The notes under the pieces were generated by a model that did not search any database, was not told the DNA's origin, and saw nothing but the letters and a program-made list of their open reading frames with translations. 64,000 nt of DNA from Chiloscyllium plagiosum (taxonomy: Eukaryota): NCBI RefSeq assembly GCF_004010195.1, contig NC_057718.1, positions 39,600,635 through 39,664,634 on the forward strand, given 5' to 3'. Made by a program: the position numbers and the translations under genes. This document shows positions 38,601-49,265 of the stretch, piece by piece. The stretch's first letter is position 1. The number at the start of each line of letters is the position of its first letter.

Positions 38601-41132
38601 GGGCATACTGACAAAATAATAAAGATTGAGCAGCAATCACAACAACTTTGTAGAAGATTTGATGAAGAAGGAAGAAGTGAAATCTCAGCCCTGAAGGAAA
38701 TCATCAATGTGTTAAAGGAAAAAGTGGATTGTGCTGAAAATAGCATTGCATCACTAGGTCTGTGTTACTTCCAACGTTCTTTCTCGACAGCAATGGTACA
38801 TTTTGTATTTTAATTTATTGTGAATTTGGCAAAGTTTAATCAATTTTAAGCAGAGCTGAACTACTATATTCAGAATTCACTTCAATTGACATTGAGTGGA
38901 CAATTAAACCCACAATCCAAGGGGTAGACCGTAATGACACAGGAGCATGTTTCACACAAAACATTGGCTTTTTGGCTCTCACCAAAAAGCGGTTCAAGAG
39001 CATAAAATGTAGCAACAATAGGTGATTGAGGGTAGATGCTAATTCTAAGTCCAAGCAATTAAGTAGAATATGTTACAACAAAAACAAATTGCTGGAGAAA
39101 TTTAACAAGTCTGTTAGCATCCATGGAGAAAGTAACAGAGTTCATGTTGAGAGTCCAGTGACCTTTCTTCAGAACATAGAAACATCGTACAGCACAGAAA
39201 CAGGCCCATTGGGCCAACTCGACCATGCCAACCAAGTTTCCACAACTAAACTAGTCCCATTTGCCTGTGTTTGCCCCACATCTCTCTAAACCTTTCCTAT
39301 TCATGTATCTGTCCAAATGTCTTTTTAATGTTGTAATTGTACCTGCATCCCGTATTGCCTCTGGCAGTTCATTCCACATGCAAACTACCCTCTCTGTGAA
39401 AAAGTTACCCCTCAGGTCCCCTTTAAATCTTTCTCCTCTCACCCTAAAAATATGCCTCTCGGTAAAAGACCTTTTCTACTCACTTATCTATGTCCCTCAT
39501 GACTTAATAAACCTGTATAAGGTTACCTCTCAACCTCCTACAGTCTACTGAAAAAAGTCCCATATTAAATCGCGGAGCAAGCTTGAAGGAACATCATTGG
39601 ACTTGAACTGTTGACTCTGCTTTCTCTCCACAGATACTGACAATTCTGTTGAATTTCTCCAGCAATTTCTGTTTTTGTATCGGTTTCCAGCATTCGCAGT
39701 TCTTTTGTTTTATTTAAGTAGAATGTGGTTCCTCTTTACCTCAAAGATTACAGCACATGGATTGATTAATGATAAACATGAGAACTGAAAGTGAACTTGT
39801 GGTGTTTGAAATTTCACAGATCCAAACAAAACATGCATTGTCTGGCATTCCTGGGCTGTTGTGAAATTTTGATCCTGAAAAATTTAGTTTTTGAAAGGCC
39901 CAGAGTTCCCTGTGACTGCTTGGGTGTGTAGGAACAGCCCATTCTGCCATTGCATTAGTTGTGCCTAATCTGTATTCCTACTTTGGTTCCATATCTCTTG
40001 ATATTCTTATGTAACAAAATCTATCAATCGTTCTCAGTCTTGAAATTTTCAATTGTGCTAGCTTCCAGCCTTTTGGAGGAGATAGTTAAGATTCTTACGT
40101 GTGGGGAAAAGATATTTCCTGATTTTACTCCTGAATGCTCTATCTTTGAATTTAAGATTGAACTCTCTAGTTCTGGATCTCTCCATCTGAGAAAGTGGTT
40201 TATCTGTGTTTACACTTTCAGATTCCTTAATCATTTAAATACTGTGATTCAGGGTCTTTTGACCCTCCCGACACTCTCATTCTTTCACTCACGTAAATTC
40301 TATCAACGTACCTGCTTTCGCACTTTCTCAGTCCTGCAGGATTGCTAATATATCACCATTTTTGTAATGTATCACAGAAACTGAAGCAGCTTGTATCAGA
40401 ACCTATATTGTTTTGCTTTTGAAATTCAGAATATAATTTAATAGTTATTAATAATCAAAGTATATATAGTATTGCAGCTAACAATACTTTGAAAGTTGGC
40501 AACATTTTAAGGGCATGAGTTGGATTGTATTATGCTTTTTTTTCACTTTAGCCACTTTCGAGCCCTGCCTGAAGCAACATGAATCATTACTAAATGCTCA
40601 TAAGAAACTTCTGGAGAAGAATGATGAAAGATTTCGAGTTATTGAAGCTACTAGCTACAATGGTAAACTGATTTGGAAGATCAACAATTACAAAGCACGA
40701 AAGCAGGAAGCAGCAGAGGGACGTGCACCTTCTCTTTTCAGCCAGCCCTTTTACACCAGTCGCTGTGGATATAGGTTATGTGCTAGGGCATACTTGTACG
40801 GAGATGGCACAGGCAAAGGAACACACCTATCTTTGTTTTTTGTGGTTATGAAAGGTGATTATGACTCTCTCTTGGCATGGCCATTCAAGCAAAAGGTCAC
40901 CCTTTTACTGCTCGACCAGGGTCCTAAGAAAAACCATATTGTAGAGTTCTTTAAGGCTGATGCCAGCAGCACTAGCTTTCAAAGGCCAGTTTCTGAAATG
41001 AATATCGCATCCGGATGTCCAAAGTTTGTATCTCACACTGTGCTTGAAAGTGGGAAAACTGCAACGTTTATCAAAGATGATACATTATTTATCAAAGTTA
41101 TTGTAGATTTATCTGATCTTGAAGATCTATAA
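8393..41132 (+). CDS. TRAF5: TNF receptor-associated factor 5, complete spliced CDS: join(8393-8622,13063-13120,16493-16594,21340-21501,22408-22485,29109-29183,29264-29356,35439-35579,38589-38757,40552-41132), 562 aa
   Basis: All introns are GT-AG with consistent phases; exons sum to 1689 nt (563 codons including TAA). N-terminal GVFIRQDS, FYTSRCGYRLCARAYL and C-terminal DLSDLEDL match TRAF5 rather than TRAF3 or TRAF2. Confidence 0.95.
8750..12505 (+). mobile_element. Near-full-length degenerate CR1-clade LINE (HER1-like) in TRAF5 coding intron 1
   Basis: ORF1 esterase-like HIGTNDIG; ORF2 endonuclease and RT fragments (YRPVSL, QHGF..GKSC, MDFSKAF, PQGSVL) broken by stops and frameshifts; typical 3' tail. 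Confidence 0.92.
13063..13120 (+). CDS. TRAF5: TRAF5 coding exon 2 (ETKPIAVCPIDHERIITNW; end of the C3HC3D RING)
   Basis: Polypyrimidine tract and AG at 13061-62; GTAAG at 13121; 58 nt restores the frame; CPID motif. Confidence 0.92.
13538..13850 (+). mobile_element. HE1-type V-SINE
   Basis: Same head, core and tail. Confidence 0.85.
13951..14088 (+). mobile_element. Short Penelope-like terminal-repeat insertion with a 15-bp TSD
   Basis: CTTCATTAAATATAA at 13936-50 and 14089-103; the 5' gctgaaaatg is the inverse of internal cattttcagc. Confidence 0.75.
13960..13997 (+). ncRNA. Minimal type-I hammerhead ribozyme motif
   Basis: GATTC-CTGAAGA-A-GGGC-TCAT-GCCC-GAA-ACGT-C-GATTC: intact core, stem II, palindromic ACGU stem III, GUC triplet, stem I with 4 of 5 pairs. 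Confidence 0.7.
15775..16250 (-). mobile_element. Penelope-like element 3' end (ORF C-terminus plus terminal repeat with hammerhead motif at 15845-15880)
   Basis: Minus strand PSGVNIKFKYS-like ORF end, then GTT-CTGAAGA-A-GGGTC-ACAG-GACCT-GAAACATT-GAC. Confidence 0.6.
16493..16594 (+). CDS. TRAF5: TRAF5 coding exon 3 (LFRDNCCKREVWNLMVYCKNSPAC...)
   Basis: AG at 16491-92; GTGAGT at 16595; DNCCKRE motif. Confidence 0.95.
17860..18700 (-). mobile_element. Highly decayed CR1 RT fragment
   Basis: Minus-strand ORF 18147-18332 (YTLKGKIL...VMLNLYEVLVR) resembles the CR1 ORF2 C-terminal half. Confidence 0.55.
18880..19860 (-). mobile_element. Fragment of another LINE family, interrupted by a Penelope-like element at about 19308-19718; a related + strand piece lies at about 1820-2080
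   Basis: The flanks rejoin across the insertion (ccaattaagtgg|cctgctttgtcttgg); similarity to 1820-2080. Confidence 0.55.
19308..19718 (-). mobile_element. Penelope-like element 3' end
   Basis: Minus-strand GINVDFNSF ORF end, C-rich spacer, hammerhead motif at 19401-36 with GAAA mutated to AAAA. The same terminus recurs at 63942-64000. Confidence 0.65.
20197..20545 (+). mobile_element. HE1-type V-SINE
   Basis: Same head and core; (TTCTA)n tail. Confidence 0.88.
21340..21501 (+). CDS. TRAF5: TRAF5 coding exon 4 (zinc fingers, DHLKKC...CQYCK)
   Basis: AG at 21338-39; GT at 21502; 54 open codons with TRAF zinc-finger Cys/His spacing. Confidence 0.95.
21715..21857 (+). mobile_element. Possible Deu-domain SINE remnant
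   Basis: Decayed resemblance to the Deu core (gtcctttca...ccaaggcc...ctcag...agattccatggcac), recognised from memory. Confidence 0.4.
21857..22197 (-). mobile_element. HE1-type V-SINE
   Basis: Reverse complement of the SINE consensus. Confidence 0.85.
22408..22485 (+). CDS. TRAF5: TRAF5 coding exon 5 (EHEAVACPNFPIQCTYNCGKSLLRSE)
   Basis: AG at 22406-07; GTGAG at 22486; 78 nt. Confidence 0.93.
23965..24905 (+). mobile_element. CR1 3' fragment inserted in a Harbinger remnant
   Basis: SKFVDDTKIGG-type RT motif through to the 3' tail. Confidence 0.85.
27030..27253 (+). mobile_element. 5'-truncated HE1-type SINE with a (TCTAA)5 tail
   Basis: V-domain 3' part and tail. Confidence 0.8.
28590..28895 (-). 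mobile_element. HE1-type V-SINE
   Basis: Reverse complement of the SINE consensus. Confidence 0.87.
29109..29183 (+). CDS. TRAF5: TRAF5 coding exon 6 (LDSHLMECPEAEVECSYKKYGCHVK)
   Basis: AG at 29107-08; GTAAGT at 29184; CPEAE motif. Confidence 0.95.
29264..29356 (+). CDS. TRAF5: TRAF5 coding exon 7 (EKRWMIREHEHSYLNEHL...LEEQ)
   Basis: CAG acceptor ending 29263; GT at 29357; follows an 80-nt intron. Confidence 0.93.
31400..34300. mobile_element. Decayed Harbinger-like element (transposase remnant on +, possible Myb/SANT-like remnant on -)
   Basis: LQPQSRVRVALS (about 31460) and GYSITTLLMT (about 31614) on +; CIKFNDL-like on - (about 33935). Confidence 0.45.
31968..32097 (+). mobile_element. 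Penelope-like terminal repeat with a degenerate hammerhead motif
   Basis: CTGATGAAGAGCTAATGCCCAAAATGTC...ctccagcatttgcagtcctcactttctc. Confidence 0.6.
34585..35010 (+). mobile_element. CR1 3' fragment (second subfamily, ctcctgctcctagttcttat tail)
   Basis: YEERLCRLGLYSLE...TRTRGHGLKI...FFTQRVVNLWNSLP. Confidence 0.85.
35439..35579 (+). CDS. TRAF5: TRAF5 coding exon 8 (coiled coil, ILDLKNTL...VARTQ)
   Basis: AG at 35437-38; GTAAG at 35580; 47 codons with heptad-like pattern. Confidence 0.88.
35768..37612 (-). mobile_element. 5'-truncated, internally deleted CR1 LINE of the same family
   Basis: Minus-strand ORFs with VGDFNFP, PGNYRPVSL and DLSKAFDKVP; sequence close to the 8750-12505 copy. 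Confidence 0.92.
38589..38757 (+). CDS. TRAF5: TRAF5 coding exon 9 (coiled coil, KMLAGHTDK...IASL)
   Basis: CAG acceptor ending 38588; GT at 38758; 169 nt, phase 1, matching the next exon. Confidence 0.88.
39070..39713. mobile_element. Penelope-like inverted cassette with an 11-bp TSD and CR1 inside
   Basis: TTAAGTAGAAT at 39059-69 and 39714-24; inverted arms aaattgctggagaaattt / aatttctccagcaattt. Confidence 0.7.
39175..39565 (-). mobile_element. CR1 3' fragment nested in a Penelope-like hairpin cassette
   Basis: GERFKGDLRGNFFTERVVCMWNELP on the minus strand. Confidence 0.8.
40552..41132 (+). CDS. TRAF5: TRAF5 last coding exon (TRAF-C/MATH domain, stop codon)
   Basis: AG at 40550-51; YNGKLIWKI, WPFKQKVTL, MNIASGCP and IKDDTLFIK motifs; TAA at 41130-32. 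Confidence 0.97.
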
Positions 41133-41282
41133 AAGAATTTCCAAACATTTATAGCTATTTATGTAATTCAGGGAAGACATTTGCACATGAATTAAAGGAA
41201 TTAATCGACATTGTTGACTATTGAGAACTATGAATGATTAGAAGTTTATATTTGTAATCTTTGTGAATATTTCTATTTTTAT

Positions 41283-41288
41283 ATTAAA
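41283..41288 (+). promoter_or_regulatory. Candidate TRAF5 polyadenylation signal (ATTAAA)
   Basis: ATTAAA about 150 nt after the stop codon, followed by a U/GU-rich tract; another ATTAAA at 41191. No transcript evidence. Confidence 0.3.
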
Positions 41289-44231
41289 CACTCCTTCATA
41301 TAAAGAGTTATTTTTTGAATAGTGATCAATGCATTATTTTGTTTGCGTGATGATTCAGTTCTGTATTACCACTGGAGCCACACAGCACAACTCCAGGCCC
41401 TGTGGATGGGGAATTCAGTGCTTCCAACCATTAACAGTGCGACCTGTTTCCTGTGAAGATGTGTCATGTCTGTCCCACAGGACTTGTCAACTGGCAGACT
41501 ATAACATTGAACAGCCGTACAGTTGGCTGCGTGTGCAGTTTACAGACTCAAACTGTGCTGCTCCACTCAACATACGTTACGCGCTGAATGACAAGCCAGT
41601 ATGTAAAGCTACAAGAAGGTAACACCCAGAGCTGCCCATAGGAGTTTGCAGGGCCTGGGAAAGGTAGATTGTGTCAAGACCCCTGCCCTGGGACAGACGA
41701 AATATACATTCCATTCCACCGAGCAGTTTTCTGGATGTTCCTTTCATTCCATGAATGAAGGTCTCTTGAGTCTGCATGTTTAACTTTGCAAAAGAAATGA
41801 TCACATGGTGCTCGTCTCAACTTTTCAAAGGTCATCCCCTCCCTTGTTTCCTGATCCTCCCATCAGCTTTTGGGGTCCCATGTGCACAAGACCCTGGGTG
41901 ATCATAAAAAATTGCCCTAATCAAGGATTGTCTTAACCAAGTTTTTGGAAATATTGTGAGGTGGATATGGTATTGTAATGAGATGCTGAATTTGGCAGAA
42001 AATGTTGCTGCATCCACATTAGATCAGAAGATTTGGTGACCTCTCAAAATGGCAAGATATTAGGTTGCAGTTTATTGTCTTATGTCAGCCATATCACAAG
42101 GAAATGGACTAGAAACTGGGTAGAGAAGGGAGGGAGGACAGTAGGAGGCATCCACACTGCTTTTCTTTGGAAGGCTACTTACATGCATCTACGCTGATTC
42201 TAGTTTCCATAGGCAGGCATCTCTTCACTCAAGAATTGCTTTACTAAACACCATCTTGTTCATTTACAATTGCCTATTACAGCAACCTCTTGGCCAGAAT
42301 CCTGAAATAAAAGCTCTCCATATCAACTTTGTTGTAACACCTTTCTCAATCAACATATCCAATGATATAAACAAAAAAGGTCTATTCATTCATGTGCAAT
42401 TCCTGAGTGCTTGTCTTGTAGGTGCTGTTGCCTGTACTAGTGCCCCTATACAGTACTAACCCAGTGTTTCAGCTTGGCTGGTGGAAGATCAATGGCTTTT
42501 GGGGGAGACTACAGATAGCCTCAAGCAGCTCTGGGCCTTGAATTACACCAATGTGGCCTGGGTGGCAGCAGCCTGGAAAAGCTGGCTGAGAGGTTGTGGA
42601 ATTCGGAGTGTGATGGTGGTATCATCTTGAGAGAGGTTAGATATTTGTGCTGCACAATGCCATTGCTCCAGCCATGGAGGAATGCCTCAGTGACTTTAGT
42701 AATTTGCTAGAGCACAGATTATGGGACAGTCACAAAACCTGTCTGCCCCGTTGAACACAGAGTTCTACAGCCCCAATGTTTACAGTTTAATGCAGTCCTG
42801 CATGGCAGCAAGGACGGAGCTCATTGCTGCTGTATGAACCTCCACTGCAACACTGAGCATTCAAGGAACTTCAAGCTCCAGTGACTCCAGTGTTTACTCA
42901 CGCCCAGTGACTCACCATGTTCAGGCCTTGATGGTGTTCTCAATGTCAAGATCTGAATTAGTAGCTGAAGTGTTCACTCAGTGGCATGGTGCTGCTGTCA
43001 CCTGCTGGGCGTGCTGTAGAAGGGATGGTTGGAATGAGTGAAGGGAAAGAGCAGGTGCAAAGTAAGAGGTTTATGGTCACACAATTTCTAGCATGCACAT
43101 CATACCAGAAAGCAGGAGGTGAGTCAAGGGAGATTTTAGAAGGAGCATATAGTAGTAACAATGCATCATCTGGAATATTCTCTATGACATGGTCTTGATT
43201 GCAGAGGCCTCCATAATGTAGCTTACCATTTGTTCCCTCAGGCTCAATGTGAAAGAAACCTGGCCTCAGCTGCAACTGACAGTGGTTAAGGTCAGTTTAT
43301 CCTAACACAGAGAGAGGGGAAGGCTAGTGACTGCAGCACAAATGTGTTTTGCTGATGTGCTTCCCATAACTGAATAGGTATTTGGTAGCAGAAAGAGCTG
43401 AGTGTGAGGCTGGTTTCATGGTGGGATTAGGGGTTTGCTGATGCAGTAAGTAAATGTCCTTTGAAGATTGATTCTCATTCTGCGTGAGGATTTTGAACAT
43501 CAACACCACGGATGAAATACAAACATAATGTATTGGAGAAATTCAGCAAATCTGGCAGTGTCTGTGAAAAGACAGAGTCTGATATGTCTGCTTCAGAACA
43601 GAAGGGAGCTAGACAAATGATTGACTCCCCTCTGGGTAAAGACTTCCCTGGTTAACAGTTCCCATTCCTTTCTGAAGATTAGCCCTGAGGGATCTCCTCA
43701 CCAACACCCACCCCTAGAGCATATATAACTGCTTGCCTCTATCCACCTTCACTAGTCAGGCTTTCAGTACCCCTGTTCCCCCTGCAGCTGTCCCTTCTTA
43801 GGTGTTCCTACTTCCAGCCATTTTCCATTTTGTAATGGTTACAAAGGATTGAATGGATAATCTCAGGAATGTGGATTATTTATGACCACTTAGAGGAATG
43901 CTTGCATGTCCTGCTCACGGGGATAGTCAGCATATTAAAATAGTACATGAGGCAGATCTGCTGCACTGTGTGCCTGGACACCTGTCCTGATTCTCACAGA
44001 TCCTTGACTTTGTCAGTGCACCACACCTCCCCATGCTTTCCCCCCTCACCCACCCCACCTGCCTGCCCATGAATCCTTGAATAGGTCTTTTCCTGTGGTT
44101 ACATTTCAAAATGTCTTGAGATGTTTAGCACAGTAAAGGTCATCAGGATCATTGTACTGTTTGCTAGAATTTATGGCTAGAACGGAGATAAAATGGTGCA
44201 CATTGAAGCCAAATTCTTTTGGTGATGATAA

Positions 44232-45105
44232 AAAGTTTGCAGATGACACCAAAATTGAAAGTGAATGGTGGACCGCAAAAAAGGTTACCTCGGAGTATAA
44301 TGGGTTCTTGATCAGATGTGCCAGTGGGCTGAGGAGCGGCAGATAGAGTTTAATTTAGATAGATGTGAGGTGCTGCATTTTGGAAAGGCAAACCTTAGCA
44401 GGACTTCTACACGTAATGGTCAGGTCCTGGGGAGTGTTGGTGAATAGAGACCTTGGAGTGCAGGTTCATAGTTCCTTGAAAGTGGAGTCACAGGTAAATA
44501 GGATAGTGAAGATGGTGTTTGGTATGCTTTCCTTAATTGGTCAGTGCATTGAATATAGGAGGTCATGTTGCAGGTGTACAGTACATTAGTTTGGTCACTT
44601 TTAGAGTATTGTGTGCAATTCTGGTCTCCTTGCTATAGGAAGGATGTTATGAAACTTGAAAGAGTTCAGAAAAGATTTACAAGGATTTTGCCAGGGTTGG
44701 AGGGGTTGAACTGTAATGAGGCTGAATAGGCTGGGACTGTTTTTCCTGGAGCATTGGATACTGAGGGGTGACCTTATAGAGGTTTATAAAATCATGAGGG
44801 GCATAGATAGGGTAAATAGACAAGATCTTTTCTCTGGGGTGGGGGAGTCCTGAACTAGAGGGCATAGGTTTACAGTGAGAGGGGAAAGATATAAAAGGGA
44901 CCTAAGGGGCAACTTTGTCACACAGAGGGTGGTGTGTGTGTGGAATGAGCTGCTGGAGAAGATGGTGAGGTTGGTATAATTTCAACATTTAAAAGCCATC
45001 TGGTCCAAATCCTGATAAATGGGATTAGATTTACATAGGCTATCTGGTCAGCATGGACGAGTTGGACCGAAAGGTGCTTTTCCATGCTGTATATCTGCAT
45101 GATTC
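44232..45105 (+). mobile_element. CR1 3' fragment
   Basis: KFADDTKI motif through to the 3' tail. Confidence 0.88.
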
Positions 45106-45330
45106 AAATTACACACTAGTGTTCATCATAAATACACAGCAGAGAGTAACATGAGCCTCAATGCACTTAAGGCAAGGCACAGGAGCAGAACCAGGCCATT
45201 CCGCCCATCCAGTCTGCTCCACCATTCAATAAGACAATGTTTGAACTGATCTCTTCAGCTCTACAAAAGAGTATTGGATAAAGCTGGTTGAAACAGTCTG
45301 ATCTGAAAAGGATTGTGATCAGAAGGTAGG

Positions 45331-46592
45331 CACCGAGAATACTGGAGAAACTCAACAGCTCTGGCAGCACATGTGGAGAAAGAAACAGGATTGACGTTTT
45401 GGGTCTCCTATGACTCTTACTCAGTCTGAACAGTTCACAGGGCACGTCTCTCCATGGCTCCGGGATAATAATCGCTGTCACCGGGAAACTTCCCAAAACC
45501 GGAAAACAGGAACATTCAACTTGATTAAAACAAAGAGCTTGATTTACTTCTTTAACATAGAACCGGGGGAAATCTGGCGAGAGAGAGAGAATGGCAGGAT
45601 CGTCTGTAAAAAACTGAATTCCAATAAATTGACCTCAACATTTGCAATGTAAATGTTAGGCGTCAGAAATGTCAGTGATGTTGAGGGTACCACGTAAACT
45701 AGGAAATAGTTTGAACTTTGATGAATTTCCTTTGTAATGATCAGAATGGAAATGTTATTAAGAGAGTGAGCAGACACAATGGTTTAAAGGGGATGTACAG
45801 GAGCAGCGAGGAACTCAGACTGACTTGTATCAATCCTAGGAACACACATTCCATCGGACACCACCAGCTATCAGAACCAAGCTGCATTTTGTGACTATGT
45901 ATAGAGTCATAGAGATGTACAGCATGGAAACAGACCCTTCTGTCTAACTCATCCATGCTGACCAGATATCCTAAATCAATCTAGTCCCATTTGCCAGCAC
46001 TTGGCCCATATTCCTCTAGACCCTTCCTATTCATATACCCATCCTGAAGCCTGTTAAATCTTGTAACTACCAGCCTCCACCACTTCCTCTGGCAGCTCAT
46101 TCCACACACACACACCACCTTGTGCGTGAAAAAGATTCCCTCAGGACCCTTTTCAATCTTTCCCCTCTCACCCTAAACCTATGCCCCCTAGTTCTGGACT
46201 CCCCCACCCCAGAAAAAAGACCTTGTGTATTTACCTTATCCATACACAACGATTTTTTAAATGGACAATGTATATTTTTGAAATAAAAGAAACCCTAGCT
46301 ATGACAATGTTGAGCCGGTCTTCCACCTTGACAGGTCTTTGTGACACATCCATGTCTCATTTCGGGGGTTTCTCCACGAGCTCTGTTTTAAAGAGCAAAT
46401 AGTTTTAATAGTTCCCGTTTCCCGGTATTGGGAAGTTCTCACAGTTAGTTTCGGGGGAGAGCGAGAGATATAGAGACGTGCCCTGTGAACTGTTCAGACT
46501 GAAGAAGAGTCATACCAGACTCAAAACGTTAACTCTGTTTCTCTCTCCACGTGTGCAGCCAGAGCTGCTGAGTTTCTCCAGTATTCTGGGTG
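45331..46592. repeat. Inverted repeat, arms about 45331-45513 and 46411-46592
   Basis: The arms share cagtctgaacagttcacagggcacgtctct exactly and aacttcccaa.accgg.aaac.ggaac in inverted orientation. Confidence 0.85.
45900..46245 (-). mobile_element. CR1 3' end
   Basis: Reverse complement of the tail seen at 12200-12500. Confidence 0.85.
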
Positions 46593-47584
46593 TTTGTTTC
46601 AGATTACCAGCAGCAGTAAGGCTCACTGCAGATAAAGGCAAAATTCCGTGGATGCTAGACATTTGAAACAAACAGAGGGGATGAACTAAACCTCCCTGGT
46701 CTCTGCTTCTTTTTCCTCTCCAGATTACAGCTTTAACAGCAGACAGTCTGCATTCTATGCTTCCATTTATAAAGTGACTGATGGTCAGTGGAAACATTTC
46801 CACTGAATTCTTCTCGGTCAGCTGCAGACTGATGTGGAGATTGCTGTTCCCTTTCAGTCATGCTGTCAGTACTGCAGCCGTGTTATCCTGGAGGGAGAGA
46901 GTGTGTGCAGGAGGAGAATATGTCTATGCCTGCTGCAGGGGGTTTGTCCCCTCCAACCGCGTCCCCCTGTGGCTGAGACAGAAGCGACAGCACAGACCCC
47001 CCCCCCCCTCCCGCTGCTGGAACTCCCACTCTGGGAGCAGTCCTGCAGTTAAAGAGCCCCCACCTCCCCCTCCAACAACAATCCAGTTGGAAGCTGTGAA
47101 TTCCCAGCTGCTGAACCATCAAGGTCACATTTGAAGTGAAATGAGTTCGAACTGACTGACTTGCTCCAAGTGCAGATGGAAATACAGTGAGCCGCCTCTA
47201 CCACCAGTAAGTGCTTCATAACCCGCCCAAACGCTGCAGCCATGTGGAAACTCAAACGTAAGTTGTTCTTCATTTCATTGCGGTCTTTACGAGTTGTTGA
47301 TTGAGAATCCCCCCCCGAAATAGTTTGACAGAGCAGACAAGGAGAAATCTTTTTCCCACCTGGAAAAGGATCGAGAGCTAAAAGGCATGGGTTTAACACG
47401 GTTTGGGAAGAATGCAACTGAAGAAAGAGACTGGTGTGGGTTTGGAATGCACTGTCTGGGTAGGGTGAAGAGAGGGTAAAATCAGGATGGATGTTCCCAA
47501 TGACTGGGGAGACCATTACAGAGGGTCACTGTCTAAGGAGATCATTTCGGAGCTGAGATGAGGAGAAACATCTTCACCCAGTGG

Positions 47585-47960
47585 GCGAAAGTGAGGACTG
47601 CAGATGCTGGAGATCAGAGTCTAGATTAGAGGGGCAGGTCAGCCAGCATCTGAGAAGCAGGAAAATCGACGTTTCCGGTAAAAGTCCTTCATCAGGAATG
47701 AGGCAGGGAGCCAACAGGGTGGACAGGTAAATGGGAGGAGGTTGGGGCTGGGGAGAAGGTAGCTCAGCGTACAATAGGTGGATGGAAGTGGGGATGAAAG
47801 TGATAGGTCGGAGAGGAGGGTGAGCGGATAGATGGGGAGGAAGATTGGCAGGTAGGACAGGTATGAGGATGGTGCTGAGCTGGCAGGTTGGAACTGGGTT
47901 AAGGTTGGGGGAGGGCAAATGAGGAAACTGGTGAAGTCCACATTGATGTCCTGGGGTTGA
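47585..47960 (-). mobile_element. Penelope-like element 3' end, inserted in a CR1 fragment
   Basis: Minus-strand QPQDINVDFTSFL, C-rich spacer, CTGATGA-A-GGAC-TTTT-ACCG-GAAACGTC. Confidence 0.65.
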
Positions 47961-48519
47961 AGTGTTCACCCAGATAGTGGTGAGCCTGTGGATTTTTCTG
48001 CCACAGAAAACAGTTGATGCCAAAAGATTCTTTCTGAGGTCTAAACGGATCAAAGGGTATGGGGAGAAAGTGGGGACTGAGTTGAAGCCATGATCATACT
48101 GAATGTGGAACAGGCATCAAGGGCTTAGTGACCTACTCCTGCTCCTATTTTCTATGGAAGTGTGGAGAAGGTAAATTCAATTGAGGCATTCAAGAGTACA
48201 TAGGAACTTATTTAAATACAAATAATTGTATGGGGAAACAGCAGGAAATTGGCACCAGGTCAAAATGTTTGGGGAACTACAATGGGCCAAATAGCCTCCT
48301 GAACAATATACGGGTTTTGTGACATTGGCTAACCAGTAGCTGCTTATTCATAGGGATAATGCGATTACAGGTTGAAAAAGACTGGGTCAGTTTAATTCAC
48401 GTTTTACTGGTGACACAAAGTGAGGATAATGGAGTTAAATAATCATGGCTATTGATCTATTAATTCAGCTATAGCAGGCATAGGCATTTCCCATTTTTAT
48501 TATGACCAATTCATTGATT

Positions 48520-49265
48520 TATAGAGTTAGACAGCATGGAAACAGACCCTTTGGTCTAACTCATCCATGCCGACCAAGTTTCCCAAACTAAATCAATCTG
48601 TTTGTCTGCACTTGGCCCATATCCTTCTAATTCTTTCCTATTCACATACCTATCCAAACATCTCTTGAATGTTGTAACTACACCTGCATCTACCACTTCC
48701 TCTAGCAGTTCTTCTCACATATGAACAACCTCTGTGTGAAAAAGTTGTCCCTCAAGTCCCTTTTAAATCTTTTTCCTCTGACCTTAAAATTGTGCCCTCT
48801 TGTTTTGAATTCCCCAATCCTAGGGAAAGGACCTTTGCTAGTCAGCCTATCTATGTCCGTCATGACTTTATAAACCTCTATAAAGTCACTCCTCAACTTC
48901 TATGCTTCAGTGAAAACAATTCCCAGCTTATTCAGCATGTAATAACTTATAACTCAAACCTTCCAATCGCAGTAACATCCTGTAAATCTTTTCTGAATCC
49001 TCTCCAATTTAATAATAGCAGGGCGACCGGTCTCACCAATATACTGTACAACTGCAACATGACGTCCCAAATCCTAAACTCAATGGTCTGAGCAATGACG
49101 TCAAGTGTTCCAAATGCCTTCTTTACCACTCTGTCTACCTGTGATGCAATTTTCAATGAATTATGTACCTGAACCTCCAGGTCTCTCTGCTCTACAACAC
49201 ACCCAGGGCCTTATCATTTTCTATGTAAGTCCTGCCCTTGTTCTACTTACCAAAATGCAAAATTT
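48520..49265 (-). mobile_element. CR1 3' fragment
   Basis: KTRGHNFKVRG and QVDRVVKKAFG motifs on the minus strand. Confidence 0.85.

Noticed and set aside
40515..40551. ORF-track N-terminus MSWIVLCFFFTL (signal-peptide-like) on the MATH exon
   Set aside because: It is the translated polypyrimidine tract of the intron acceptor.
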